Assembly: GCA_029052995.1 (NCBI GenBank)
Contig: JAIDHZ010000345.1
Location: forward strand, 1 to 43,797
Direction of reading: 5' to 3'
Length of the DNA stretch: 43,797 bases
From: Lachnospiraceae bacterium
GTDB taxonomy: Bacteria > Bacillota > Clostridia > Lachnospirales > Lachnospiraceae
Made by a program: the position numbers and the translations under genes. Positions 26,866-36,192 of this stretch are shown here, one piece after another. Each line of letters begins with the position of its first letter. Position 1 is the first letter of the stretch. The notes below the pieces were generated by a model. That model searched no databases. It was not told the DNA's origin and was given only the letters and a program-made list of their open reading frames with translations.

Positions 26866-26911
26866 AAAAAACAATACGCACTTTTGTGAGCAAGCTCCCA
26901 ACGTGCGTATT
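26866..26911 (-). terminator. Rho-independent terminator after the CotS-like gene
   Basis: A 9-bp stem, AATACGCAC / GTGCGTATT, is followed on the minus strand by GTTTTTT. Confidence 0.6.
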
Positions 26912-26947
26912 ATTTTTCTGCTGTGTACCTCGCCTACGTGTATTATA

Positions 26948-28147
26948 CTACATATCCAGCAAATGAAAAGCAGAAAATTTGTTCAACATATCCCTTTTTT
27001 CCTTTTCCTGTAATATGACCGTTTCCAGTTTTTCTACATATTTAGGGGATAAAAATGCTTTATTTGTGTTGTAATACCCATTTGCTATTTTCCAAAATTT
27101 TTCAGGATAGGAAAAAAGAATATAAATATATCTGTAATCCTCCCTTTCAAGAGATATCTTTTTATTATATTCTTTTAAAATTGCTTCCAGTAAAGTTAAA
27201 TCAAAATTATTTTTTTCCATTACCTTACGTGAAAACTGATAAAGATCATTTAACTGATTCCCTTTAGAAAATCTTTCAAAGTGAACAATTGCTTCACCGT
27301 CTTCACATAACAACACATTATGCTGGTTATAATTGCCGTGACAGATTCCATAATGTTTATCATAAACCTGTTTTGTAATGTTTTTGTCTTCTAACATTTT
27401 TACACAATCAATTCCCTGCCCGTAGTAATCCCAAAACACCTTCAAAAAGAGATTTTCAAATGCATTTTTTTGCTTTACAGTATTTATAAACCTATAAATC
27501 TTTTTCAATTCTTTATTATGCCTTATAAATATTTCATTAATATCTTTATAAACCATATCCGGCATCTTTGTCTCATTTTTCTTCTGCGCTCCCGGCTCTT
27601 TTGTACCATCTTTTGCACAGGGCCCCTTTAAAATTTCATCTAATACCGTCTCTCTAATATCATAGACATGTGCAATCCTTTCTAACTCCTCGCCATCTGC
27701 AAATGCCTTTCTGATTTCTGAAAATTTTTTTTCTTCCTTTTCATGTTCATACTGTTCCCATGCGGTCTGAAATCTGGAAGCTGCCGCTTTCCCGCAAATA
27801 TGCAGATTGGTTAGTGCCCGCACACTTCTTTTCACATCAGATATGTTTTTCATGCCGCATTCTTCCCCATCAAAATGCTGTTTTAACACAAAAGGCTGTC
27901 TGTATTTATCACAGGTCAGCAATTGCCCATCCCTGTTTGGAATAATTGCGTCTACCTTAGAAAAACCATCCTCAAGTAAAAGTTTTTTCAATACATGCTC
28001 CTGCTCTAAACGGGTAATATTTCCTCTAAAGGGTTCTAAAATCCGATATCCATCAGACGTTGTCAAAATAGTTGCACCGCGTCCCTTTCTTGTGCTTACA
28101 ATATCCATATCATACTGTTCATATACCTCTGCAAGCTTTTCTGCCAT
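26948..28147 (-). CDS. CotS-family spore-coat-like protein kinase/phosphotransferase
   Basis: The N-terminus YDMDIVSTRKGRGATILTTSDGYRILEP is typical of the CotS/YtaA family. The kinase-like core contains ICHGNYNQHNVLL. GAAGGAGG RBS. Confidence 0.65.
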   Translation of the reverse strand: MAEKLAEVYEQYDMDIVSTRKGRGATILTTSDGYRILEPFRGNITRLEQEHVLKKLLLEDGFSKVDAIIPNRDGQLLTCDKYRQPFVLKQHFDGEECGMKNISDVKRSVRALTNLHICGKAAASRFQTAWEQYEHEKEEKKFSEIRKAFADGEELERIAHVYDIRETVLDEILKGPCAKDGTKEPGAQKKNETKMPDMVYKDINEIFIRHNKELKKIYRFINTVKQKNAFENLFLKVFWDYYGQGIDCVKMLEDKNITKQVYDKHYGICHGNYNQHNVLLCEDGEAIVHFERFSKGNQLNDLYQFSRKVMEKNNFDLTLLEAILKEYNKKISLEREDYRYIYILFSYPEKFWKIANGYYNTNKAFLSPKYVEKLETVILQEKEKRDMLNKFSAFHLLDM

Positions 28148-28245
28148 AAAGACCCCTCCTTCACCTCTTTCATCTTATGACAGAATTCTTAATTTAATAA
28201 CATATTTTTAGATTTTAGTATATATCGCTTTTTTTCTATGTGTAA

Positions 28246-28276
28246 CCAAAAACAAGTGTACAAATCTGTACACTTG
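28246..28276 (-). terminator. Rho-independent terminator
   Basis: A 10-bp perfect stem, CAAGTGTACA / TGTACACTTG, with a 4-nt loop lies 6 nt after the stop codon. It is followed by TTTTTGG on the minus strand. Confidence 0.75.
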
Positions 28277-28281
28277 CTTCT

Positions 28282-28875
28282 TTATACCGGGACATCAAAT
28301 TTAGGCATTGCATCAATGATTTCCTGCAACGGAGACCATGACATTGGATCAAACTCTTTATCCTGCTCTTCACCATCTTTTTCAAAATGAGAATTTGTTT
28401 CAGCATTTTTCCTTTTTTGTAAATCTGCTTCTGTGCTTGGAAGCCTTTGATAACCCGGCGCCGACTTATAATCATCCGCAACTTTATTTATCGCAGCCAT
28501 AATATACTCTTTGTAAGGATCTTTATCAGAAACACTGGCAGCTGAGGCCATTATTATATTATTTGCCTGCTGCTTGGTTTTTGCATGCTTTAATTGCTCT
28601 GCCAAAGCTTCTGCTTTGGCTTGGATTCTCATATGTTGAATATACATCTGTGGATTTGTTTCCTTCAGATATTGAGCTTCTTTTTTAGACAATTTCTTTC
28701 CAGACTTCAACTTTTGCTGAATTTTACCATTTAGATTTGTTTTTTGTTCTTCTGTCATTTGATCGCAAATACTATTTCGCATCTTATCTACGACGTATTG
28801 TGTAATTTGTGCTTTTGAAGAAAAATCTACATTCTCATTTTCGTTCTGATTTACAGCTTTCATGCCAATATTCAT
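28282..28875 (-). CDS. Hypothetical 197-aa hydrophilic, Lys/Gln-rich helical protein
   Basis: An ORF with an AAGGAG RBS and its own strong terminator. I recognise no motif. Confidence 0.55.
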   Translation of the reverse strand: MNIGMKAVNQNENENVDFSSKAQITQYVVDKMRNSICDQMTEEQKTNLNGKIQQKLKSGKKLSKKEAQYLKETNPQMYIQHMRIQAKAEALAEQLKHAKTKQQANNIIMASAASVSDKDPYKEYIMAAINKVADDYKSAPGYQRLPSTEADLQKRKNAETNSHFEKDGEEQDKEFDPMSWSPLQEIIDAMPKFDVPV

Positions 28876-29065
28876 TGTATATCACTCCTTAAAAAAGGGC
28901 ACCACATTTTAACAATCTGTTAAAATTATGATGCAATCCTTTACTTTACTATTAATATCGACACTCGGGCAGAAACTCTTTAATTCCGTTAAGATGCCGT
29001 CAAGAGAAATCATTGTTTTTTTCGGCATATTCTGGTATAATTTCATTAATATAACACAACAGGAT

Positions 29066-29290
29066 ACATAGGGAACCAGCATATATGAAGCATCCGGAAA
29101 GACCATGTTTGCCACACAGATTATCGTGTCAAAGGAGCTTACGGAGGATGAGCATATCTGGCTGAATTCCTTAAGACGGGATATTACAAAAGAAACCTAT
29201 AAGAAGCTTTTACTGACAATCGGCAGGTTAAACGGCCGGGAACGGGAAATATATGGGGAAACCGTGCTGGAAGTGGTATTACAAAAATGA
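29066..29290 (+). pseudogene. C-terminal remnant resembling Rpn/PD-(D/E)XK putative transposase family proteins
   Basis: The reading frame opens right after a TAG. The translation is GTSIYEASGKTMFATQIIVSKELTEDEHIWLNSLRRDI...ETVLEVVLQK. It lacks the N-terminal nuclease domain and has no RBS. The family assignment is from memory of the QIIVT.EL..EEH.WL motif. Confidence 0.35.
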
Positions 29291-29487
29291 GTTTAGATTC
29301 TCTTTACGAAATTACCAATTTTTTAAATTGCTCAATTGCAGATATTATAGAAACAGATACTGAAAATGATTCTGCCTATTCCCAATTAGAGTTTAATTCT
29401 ATGTACGAACTGCTTTCTCCCAGGGATCAGAGGTTATTTTACTATATGCTTGAGGTATACTGTAAAAACCGGGATTTAAATGACTAA
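29287..29487 (+). pseudogene. Remnant of an XRE-family HTH gene (last helix plus C-terminal tail only)
   Basis: LSLDSLYEITNFLNCSIADII looks like the end of an HTH_3 domain. The preceding helices are missing. It is fused by an ATGA overlap to the previous remnant. Confidence 0.35.
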
Positions 29488-29595
29488 TACCATTTGCATT
29501 TATATATACAAATGGACATACAGGCATTTTTGCCTGCTGCGCCGAATGCGGTCGCTTTAGCGACATATTTCTTATTGTACGAGTGCGCATAATTG

Positions 29596-29643
29596 TTTTT
29601 TGTATCATAGTAAATGCAAAGCAATTTCCTATGATACAAAAAA
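29596..29643. terminator. 15-bp perfect inverted repeat; bidirectional terminator-like hairpin downstream of cca
   Basis: TTTTTTGTATCATAG (29596-29610) pairs with CTATGATACAAAAAA (29629-29643) across an 18-nt loop. Confidence 0.6.
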
Positions 29644-29714
29644 CATACTGACATTTAGTCTGGTCACAGAAGGATTCATTTATACATATACTAATTATTC
29701 AGCTTAATTCTATG

Positions 29715-31079
29715 CTATTCATTGAACTGCAATTTCTCTTTTACCATTGACAAAAGTATTTCCCTGTCATTCAATTCCGGCTTTTCCAACACACATGCCA
29801 GCAACATATCCAAAATTGCTCCAATCTCTTTTCCCGGCTTCATGCCAAGCTCCATTAAATCCTTACCTGTCACCTTTAAATCCTTAAGGCTTAAGCACTG
29901 CTCCTTCTCTATAATCTGCCGGTAATATTCCTCCAGCTTTTCAAGATTATCAAGCTTTTCCTCACGCTTATATTCACTTTGTGCCAGTATATCTGCCCGC
30001 TTAATATGGACATAATCCTCAAACAAATCTGCGCCCATCTTACTTAGTGATTTTCTAAAAGGGCGCATGGAAGGCTTTTGTCCCATGCCGTAATCATGCC
30101 ACAGCACCAGCCTCTTTACTCTGGCAATGGTATGGTTATCGAATTTCAGTCTTGTAAGAACCTCCTCTGCAATTTTCACACCTGCTTCATTATGTCCATA
30201 AAAATGATCCCCTTTTTGGTCTGAACTCTTTGTGGCAGGTTTTGCAACATCATGCAGCAATGCCGCCCAGCGTAATGTTTCCGTCCCCGGCACCTCCATT
30301 ATCACATGCAGGGTATGCTCCCCCACATTGTACATATGGTGCCTGTTATTCTGCTCCGTTTCCATCATACGGTCGAATTCAGGCAGCACTACCGCTGTTA
30401 CTCCTAATTCATATGCATCCCTTAACCGCTCCGGGTGACTGGAAACCAGTAATTTCGTAAGCTCCACATGAATCCGTTCAGCACTGATATCTTTTAAAAA
30501 CTGTGACTGATTCTGAATAGCGTCCTTTGTCTCCCGGTCAATGGAAAAATCAAGCTGTGCCGCAAACCGAATTGCCCTTAAAATCCTCAAAGCATCCTCA
30601 TCAAACCTCTCCTCAGGCTTGCCGACACAACGAATTACTCCCCGTTTTAAATCTCCGATACCGTCAAAATGGTCTACTATGCCTTCTTTTTCATTATAAG
30701 CCATGGCATTAATGGTAAAATCCCTGCGCTTCATATCCTCTAACAGGCTGGCGGTAAAGGTCACTTCCTTCGGTCTTCTGTGGCCTTCATACTTACCGTC
30801 CACACGGTAAGTTGTCACCTCGTACCCTTCCAAATTTCCGGTATCCACATTTTTCATCATAACCGTTACTGTTCCATGCTGGATTCCTGTATCTATGGTA
30901 CGTCGGAATAATGACTTTACCTCCTCCGGTTTTGCGGAGGTGGTAATATCCCAGTCGTCCGGTTCCCTGCCTAAAACTGCATCCCTGACGCAGCCTCCCA
31001 CAATATAAGCCTCATATCCATTTTCATTTAAAATCTTTATAATTCGTCCGGCATTATCCGGCATCCTAATATACAGCAT
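29715..31079 (-). CDS. cca: CCA tRNA nucleotidyltransferase with HD domain
   Basis: Contains YIVGGCVRD, DWDITT, RRDFTINA and the HD-domain motif LLHDVAKP. 454 aa. Confidence 0.85.
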   Translation of the reverse strand: MLYIRMPDNAGRIIKILNENGYEAYIVGGCVRDAVLGREPDDWDITTSAKPEEVKSLFRRTIDTGIQHGTVTVMMKNVDTGNLEGYEVTTYRVDGKYEGHRRPKEVTFTASLLEDMKRRDFTINAMAYNEKEGIVDHFDGIGDLKRGVIRCVGKPEERFDEDALRILRAIRFAAQLDFSIDRETKDAIQNQSQFLKDISAERIHVELTKLLVSSHPERLRDAYELGVTAVVLPEFDRMMETEQNNRHHMYNVGEHTLHVIMEVPGTETLRWAALLHDVAKPATKSSDQKGDHFYGHNEAGVKIAEEVLTRLKFDNHTIARVKRLVLWHDYGMGQKPSMRPFRKSLSKMGADLFEDYVHIKRADILAQSEYKREEKLDNLEKLEEYYRQIIEKEQCLSLKDLKVTGKDLMELGMKPGKEIGAILDMLLACVLEKPELNDREILLSMVKEKLQFNE

Positions 31080-31096
31080 TCCATTTCCTTCCTTTA

Positions 31097-31137
31097 TGCA
31101 AAAACTGCCACATTCCCTTATATTGATATGTGGCAGT
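31097..31137 (-). terminator. Rho-independent terminator of proS
   Basis: A 10-bp stem, ACTGCCACAT / ATGTGGCAGT, is followed by TTTTTGC on the minus strand. Confidence 0.7.
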
Positions 31138-31175
31138 CTTTTTGAAGCTATACGGTAAATGTAAAACTAACACGC

Positions 31176-32609
31176 TTAATATGCCCGTCCAAAATAAACC
31201 ATCTTCTTAGCAGGCTTTCCGCAATGCACACAGCAATCAGAAAGATTCTCCTGTACAAACGGCATACACCTGGTAGAAGCACCCGTCTCATTTTTAACGG
31301 CTTCCTCACACTCTGTTTCTCCACACCACATAGCCTTTATAAATCCCTGTTTGTTCTCAATTATATTGGTAAACTCATCCCAGTTTTTTGCAGTGTGGGT
31401 ATTTGCCTCCCGGTGTGCCAATGCCTTTTCGTACATATCCTTTTGAATAGTTTGTAACAGCTCTCCAACCTTTGTATCAATTTCATCAAGAGAAACCTCC
31501 AGCTTCTCTCCACTGTCACGCCGCACAATCAACGCTTTATTAGCCTCTATATCCCTTGGCCCAATTTCAACGCGGATCGGAATGCCACGCATCTCAGACT
31601 CGGCAAACTTCCATCCCGGATTTTTATCAGAATCATCTACCTTTACACGATAAGCAGAAAGCTTACTCTTAAGTTCAGCCGCCTTTTCTAACACACCTTC
31701 CTTTTTCTGCATAACCGGAACAATCATAACCTGTGTAGGTGCAATCTTTGGCGGCAATACTAAACCGGAATTGTCACCGTGTACCATAATAATTGCACCA
31801 ATCAACCGGGTTGTCATTCCCCATGAGGTCTGATGTACATATTCCAACTTATTCTCTTTACTTGTATACTGAATGTCAAATGCTTTCGCAAATCCGTCAC
31901 CAAAATTGTGGCTGGTTCCTGACTGTAATGCCTTGCCGTCATGCATTAATGCCTCAATAGTATATGTCGCCTCCGCACCGGCAAATTTCTCTTTTTCCGT
32001 CTTTCTTCCCTTAATAACCGGTATTGCCAACACTTCCTCACAAAAATCTGCATAGACATTCAGCATCTGAATTGTCCGCTCCTCTGCTTCCTCGGCGGTA
32101 GCATGGGCAGTATGCCCTTCCTGCCACAAAAACTCCCTTGAACGCAGGAATGGTCTTGTCTCCTTTTCCCAACGAACAACAGAACACCACTGGTTATATA
32201 CCTTTGGTAAATCCCTGTAGGATTCAATCTCATTTTTATAAAAATCACAGAATAACGTCTCAGAGGTCGGTCTTACGCAAAGACGCTCCTGCAGTTCATT
32301 TAACCCGCCATGGGTTACCCATGCAACCTCCGGTGCAAACCCTTCCACATGATCCTTTTCCTTTTGCAGCAGGCTTTCCGGGATAAACATTGGAAGATAT
32401 ACATTCTCTACTCCTGTTTCTTTAAACCGCTCGTCTAATTGTTTCTGTATAAGCTCCCAAATTGCATATCCTGCCGGCTTGATTACCATGCAGCCTTTTA
32501 CGCTTGTATAATCAATCAAGTCTGCCTTTATTACAACATCTGTATACCACTGCGCAAAATCTTCCTCCATGGAAGTAATCTGCTCTACTAATTTTTTATC
32601 CGCTGCCAT
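31176..32609 (-). CDS. proS: Prolyl-tRNA synthetase, archaeal/eukaryote-like (short, no INS editing domain, C-terminal Zn-binding domain)
   Basis: 477 aa. It has a class II core, a C-terminal CGETECEE...CVHCGKPA segment, and ends in ...FGRAY. Confidence 0.93.
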   Translation of the reverse strand: MAADKKLVEQITSMEEDFAQWYTDVVIKADLIDYTSVKGCMVIKPAGYAIWELIQKQLDERFKETGVENVYLPMFIPESLLQKEKDHVEGFAPEVAWVTHGGLNELQERLCVRPTSETLFCDFYKNEIESYRDLPKVYNQWCSVVRWEKETRPFLRSREFLWQEGHTAHATAEEAEERTIQMLNVYADFCEEVLAIPVIKGRKTEKEKFAGAEATYTIEALMHDGKALQSGTSHNFGDGFAKAFDIQYTSKENKLEYVHQTSWGMTTRLIGAIIMVHGDNSGLVLPPKIAPTQVMIVPVMQKKEGVLEKAAELKSKLSAYRVKVDDSDKNPGWKFAESEMRGIPIRVEIGPRDIEANKALIVRRDSGEKLEVSLDEIDTKVGELLQTIQKDMYEKALAHREANTHTAKNWDEFTNIIENKQGFIKAMWCGETECEEAVKNETGASTRCMPFVQENLSDCCVHCGKPAKKMVYFGRAY

Positions 32610-32640
32610 TTTTATTCTCCTTACCTTGATATGATTGACA

Positions 32641-32669
32641 TTATATCACAAGCATAGCTTGCTCAATAA
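32641..32669 (-). promoter_or_regulatory. proS proximal promoter (copy of the nfo promoter module)
   Basis: The minus strand reads TTGAGC / TATTGA, then a spacer containing ACAAGC-ATA-GCTTGC, then TGATATAAT (32649-32641). It lies about 30 nt upstream of the proS ATG. Confidence 0.5.
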
Positions 32670-32692
32670 AGCACACAGATTCATAAAAAAGA

Positions 32693-32721
32693 TTATACCA
32701 ATTTTCCCCACTGGTTGCAAC
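32693..32721 (-). promoter_or_regulatory. proS distal promoter
   Basis: The minus strand reads TTGCAA (32721-16), a 17-nt spacer, then TATAAT (32698-93). Confidence 0.5.
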
Positions 32722-32798
32722 AGCCACTTCTACAACATATGGATAATTTTTAAAATCCTTTACCTGTGCAAATAACGAATCATATACTTTTCCGTTTT

Positions 32799-33884
32799 CT
32801 ATTTCCTGTTGTCAGTGGGTTTGGTCAATTTTTTATCTTTGACAAAATTATAGATTTCCTTTCCAAGCAGAATACCCACAGGCCCTAACAAAAATCCTAT
32901 AACACCAAATAACTGAAATCCCGCATACATACTAATCAATGTGTAAAGAGGCTTCATTCCAATCCTGTTTCCCACCATCCTGGGTTCAATGGTCTGCCGT
33001 ATTACCAGACAACCCAGATATGCAAGAAACAAGACAAATGCCATGCCAAAATGTTTCATAACTAACAAATACAAAACATACGGAATTAAAATCAGTCCTG
33101 CCCCCAAAACAGGCAATGCATCCACAACTGCCACAAGAATACCCAAAACAATCCAATACGGCTGTTTTATTATCCAAAATGCAGCTGTACAAAGTAATCC
33201 ATCCAGGATTATAATTAATACCTGTGCTTTAAAATATGCCTTCAAAGTTTCTTTACTTTTTGTGAGGGTTTTACAAACACAGATACCAACCTCAGATTGC
33301 AGCATCTGCTCCCTAAGGGAATCATAATCATTTATCATAAAAAAGGTTGCAATAACAGTAATGACAACAAACAAAACACCCTGAAATGCCTTCCCGGCCA
33401 TCTGTACAGAATAAGTCGTAATTTTAGGAATCATAGTTTCAGAAGATTGTTGCCACATGGTATCGATAAACCCCGATACTTCTATAAAACTATTCCCCCG
33501 CTGTATCTGCAGCCAGTCATCAACCTGACAACAGCACTGTCTTACAAAATACACTGCTTTTGCCTTGTAAAAAGGAAAATTGAGTAAAATGCTCTGCCCT
33601 TGGCCACACAGATAACCTCCTGCTAAAAGAATACATAAAAACGCAATTACATAGAACAATACAACTGCTCCAATTATAACCCATTTTCTGCATTCCTTTT
33701 CCCATATTCCAAACCTTATACACATTTTTCGTAAAACAGGATAATACAAAACCGAAACAATTCCTGCCAGTAAAAATGGAAAAACCAGCGGCAGCAGATA
33801 ACGGAATAACAAATATATGCACAGCGCAATTCCCGCCACCAGACCCCATTTCTTTACATAACCTGCTATTTCTTCTGTTTGCAT
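32799..33884 (-). CDS. AI-2E family transporter (UPF0118; YtvI-like integral membrane protein)
   Basis: 361 aa with about 8 TM segments. The C-terminal region has the VVDALPVLGAGLILIPY and IEPRMVGNRIGMKPL motifs typical of PerM/AI-2E proteins. Confidence 0.75.
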   Translation of the reverse strand: MQTEEIAGYVKKWGLVAGIALCIYLLFRYLLPLVFPFLLAGIVSVLYYPVLRKMCIRFGIWEKECRKWVIIGAVVLFYVIAFLCILLAGGYLCGQGQSILLNFPFYKAKAVYFVRQCCCQVDDWLQIQRGNSFIEVSGFIDTMWQQSSETMIPKITTYSVQMAGKAFQGVLFVVITVIATFFMINDYDSLREQMLQSEVGICVCKTLTKSKETLKAYFKAQVLIIILDGLLCTAAFWIIKQPYWIVLGILVAVVDALPVLGAGLILIPYVLYLLVMKHFGMAFVLFLAYLGCLVIRQTIEPRMVGNRIGMKPLYTLISMYAGFQLFGVIGFLLGPVGILLGKEIYNFVKDKKLTKPTDNRK

Positions 33885-34023
33885 ACGAACCCCCTTCTGC
33901 CAGCCTCAATCATTATTTTTAACAATTCCAAACTATATCCGTTATTTAATTATCACGTAAACAATAATGCACTATGCATACTTACCAATCATCCTTCGAC
34001 TTTGGCTCGGTTTCTTGGAGTTT

Positions 34024-34061
34024 TACAGTAAAATAAGGCAAGCTGTTTTTAATAGCTTGCC
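34024..34061 (-). terminator. Rho-independent terminator about 210 nt downstream of the sigma-partner gene
   Basis: An 8-bp stem, GGCAAGCT / AGCTTGCC, with a 9-nt loop is followed by TTATTTTACTG on the minus strand. Confidence 0.6.
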
Positions 34062-34270
34062 CATTCTTTTCTATTTTACTATAAATCTTATACACTGTCT
34101 TTTTGCAGCTGAAGGTTGCTGCATATATCATTTCCAAATCTGTCCTTTCAATAATTTATATCATATTCCATGCCTTTCTATCTGGAATTTGTAAAACACG
34201 CTTTATTTCCATAATTAAGTAGTATATTGCGTTTTCCTACAATATACTACTTAATACAATAATCGATACA

Positions 34271-35593
34271 CTACTCAATTGTAATCAGATTGAAACTCTC
34301 AGGACAATCATTCACTACAGCATCATAACTATCTTCAGATACCATCAGATAAGAGAAATCCTCATCATCTAATAAATATTGAAAAGCATACAGGTAACCA
34401 TCCTTTGTAAATAAGTTAATCTGCAGGAACCTGTTATCTGTATAGCCATCCTCACCCTTCACATATCCAACTGTGCCGTTAGTGATCTCAATATCTGGAT
34501 ACATGCTGTTTAATATGCCCTTTGCCTTTTCATATACAGGAGTATAAATCTTTTCATTTATCGGTGCGGGATCTCCAAAGCTTACCTCAAAAGCATCTCC
34601 CTTATGCAGATCAATCATGGCAACTCTGCCTGTCTGCCTTGCTACAACTACCACATAAGACCATCCATCGCTCCCCTTAAACTCAACATCCCACTCTCCA
34701 TACTGATCATTGTCCATGGTAGAGTGGCCCATTCCAAATTCTGCTGATTTATCCATAGCATCAGCATCCACATCATACATTGCCTCCAAATAAGCAGATG
34801 CCTTTGCTACCGCCTCCTCTTTTGACAAATCATTTTCTCCCGGATTAGGATTCTCATCAAATTCTTTCTGTGCAGCTCTATATTTCTTTGCTTCATCAGA
34901 ATTATCTACAACATAGGCAGATTTGTGTTGAAAATCAATAATTTGCAGCATTTCTTCATCTGTAAGCTCACTTGCCGGCAGAAAAATTTCTCTGTTCCAT
35001 GTCTCATGAACCGGAGAACTTATTTCCTCATCCCCTTCTAACTTATCCACAATCTGAAGCTCTCCCTCAGGGAATAAGCCTTCCTCTTCATATTTAACCC
35101 ACAATTCGTCAAAACGCCGCTTTTCTTCCTCTGAAAATTCCCTCGAAAATGTCAGTGCCTCTGTATCATGCTCTTTCGTCATATTGCGATTATCGTTTAC
35201 ATCCAGCAATTTCTGCTGCTCTTTCTTATTCATTTGTTCCATTCGCTTTGTCCAAGCACTGTTAACTCCTGCAACCACTGGTACTGAAACAAGCACCACT
35301 GCACAAAAAACACATGCTGCCAACCCTGCTTTTGATATAGAAAATGTATGTGCACACTTTTCTTCTGTATCATTTTCCTTTTTATTACGTTTTCTTTTCA
35401 TAATATCCATATTGCTTTTCTCCTTTTTCTTAATCTGAAACAAGAAATCATCAGGCATTTTGTCAGCCATGTCCAGCCCTTGAAGCTGACATAGCTCCCT
35501 GCTTGCTTCTTCAATCTTTTCATATTCACCTGTTTCCAGATACTGATCAATTTTTTTATTTAACTCCGTAACTAATGCATTGTTACCGTTCAT
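34271..35593 (-). CDS. Single-pass membrane protein with extracytoplasmic PepSY-like repeats; candidate anti-sigma factor
   Basis: The start is refined to the ATG at 35593 (MNGNNALV), with AAAGGAGG upstream. The TM is LAACVFCAVVLVSVPVVAGV. The PepSY-like segment is LSKEEAVAKASAYLEAMYDVD...WSYVVVVARQTGRVAMIDL. It lies directly downstream of a sigma factor gene. I saw no zinc anti-sigma motif. Confidence 0.55.
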   Translation of the reverse strand: MNGNNALVTELNKKIDQYLETGEYEKIEEASRELCQLQGLDMADKMPDDFLFQIKKKEKSNMDIMKRKRNKKENDTEEKCAHTFSISKAGLAACVFCAVVLVSVPVVAGVNSAWTKRMEQMNKKEQQKLLDVNDNRNMTKEHDTEALTFSREFSEEEKRRFDELWVKYEEEGLFPEGELQIVDKLEGDEEISSPVHETWNREIFLPASELTDEEMLQIIDFQHKSAYVVDNSDEAKKYRAAQKEFDENPNPGENDLSKEEAVAKASAYLEAMYDVDADAMDKSAEFGMGHSTMDNDQYGEWDVEFKGSDGWSYVVVVARQTGRVAMIDLHKGDAFEVSFGDPAPINEKIYTPVYEKAKGILNSMYPDIEITNGTVGYVKGEDGYTDNRFLQINLFTKDGYLYAFQYLLDDEDFSYLMVSEDSYDAVVNDCPESFNLITIE

Positions 35594-35685
35594 ATATTGC
35601 CTCCTTTCTGCATGGTGGGTGCACACCTTCCATTTATATATAAATTTTATAATAAAAAGTAACACAATTACATATTTATTATTTT

Positions 35686-36192
35686 TTAGAAATCATCCAG
35701 TTTTAATTGTGCAACTATATTCTGTACTTTTTTTCTGATTCTCATATATTTCATACGAACTGCCGGTTCACTCATTTCTAATTTCTTTGCTATCACTTTC
35801 ATAGGATTCTTGTCCACATAGTATTCTCTGTAAAGCTCTCTTTCTGACTTGGTCAGCTCCAACAATACCCGTTCCTGATAAAGACTTTCATCAAATAAAT
35901 AAGCCCTCTCTTTACAAATTTCCTCAAAGACATCTTTACTGCTCGATTCTATCTCTATTTCCTGAAAATTAAACTTTGCTGATTGTTTAAAATATTGCGA
36001 GATCAGATTCCTTGCAGTCACATATAAAAAAGCAACAGGTTTTTCATGCTCGAGAAATTTTTTTCCTTTTTTATATGCAATTAAAAACACGTCTTGTGTT
36101 ATATCCTCTGCTACTTCTTTTTTACCCGTCTTCGCTAATATAAAGTTGTATATTTTAGCATAATTTTCACTACAAACGTCTTCAAATCTCAT
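35686..36192 (-). CDS. Sigma-70 family (group 4/ECF-like) RNA polymerase sigma factor
   Basis: The region 2 motif is AEDITQDVFLIAYKK...YVTARNLISQYF. The region 4 HTH is MKVIAKKLEMSEPAVRMKYMRIRKK. 168 aa. Confidence 0.8.
   Translation of the reverse strand: MRFEDVCSENYAKIYNFILAKTGKKEVAEDITQDVFLIAYKKGKKFLEHEKPVAFLYVTARNLISQYFKQSAKFNFQEIEIESSSKDVFEEICKERAYLFDESLYQERVLLELTKSERELYREYYVDKNPMKVIAKKLEMSEPAVRMKYMRIRKKVQNIVAQLKLDDF

Noticed and set aside
33979-34131. A 50-codon minus-strand ORF (MIYAATFSCKKTVYKIYSKIEKNGQAIKNS...) between the sigma-partner gene and the AI-2E gene.
   Set aside because: A good rho-independent terminator (34037-34061) lies inside it and its RBS is weak. It is most likely non-coding 3-prime UTR.
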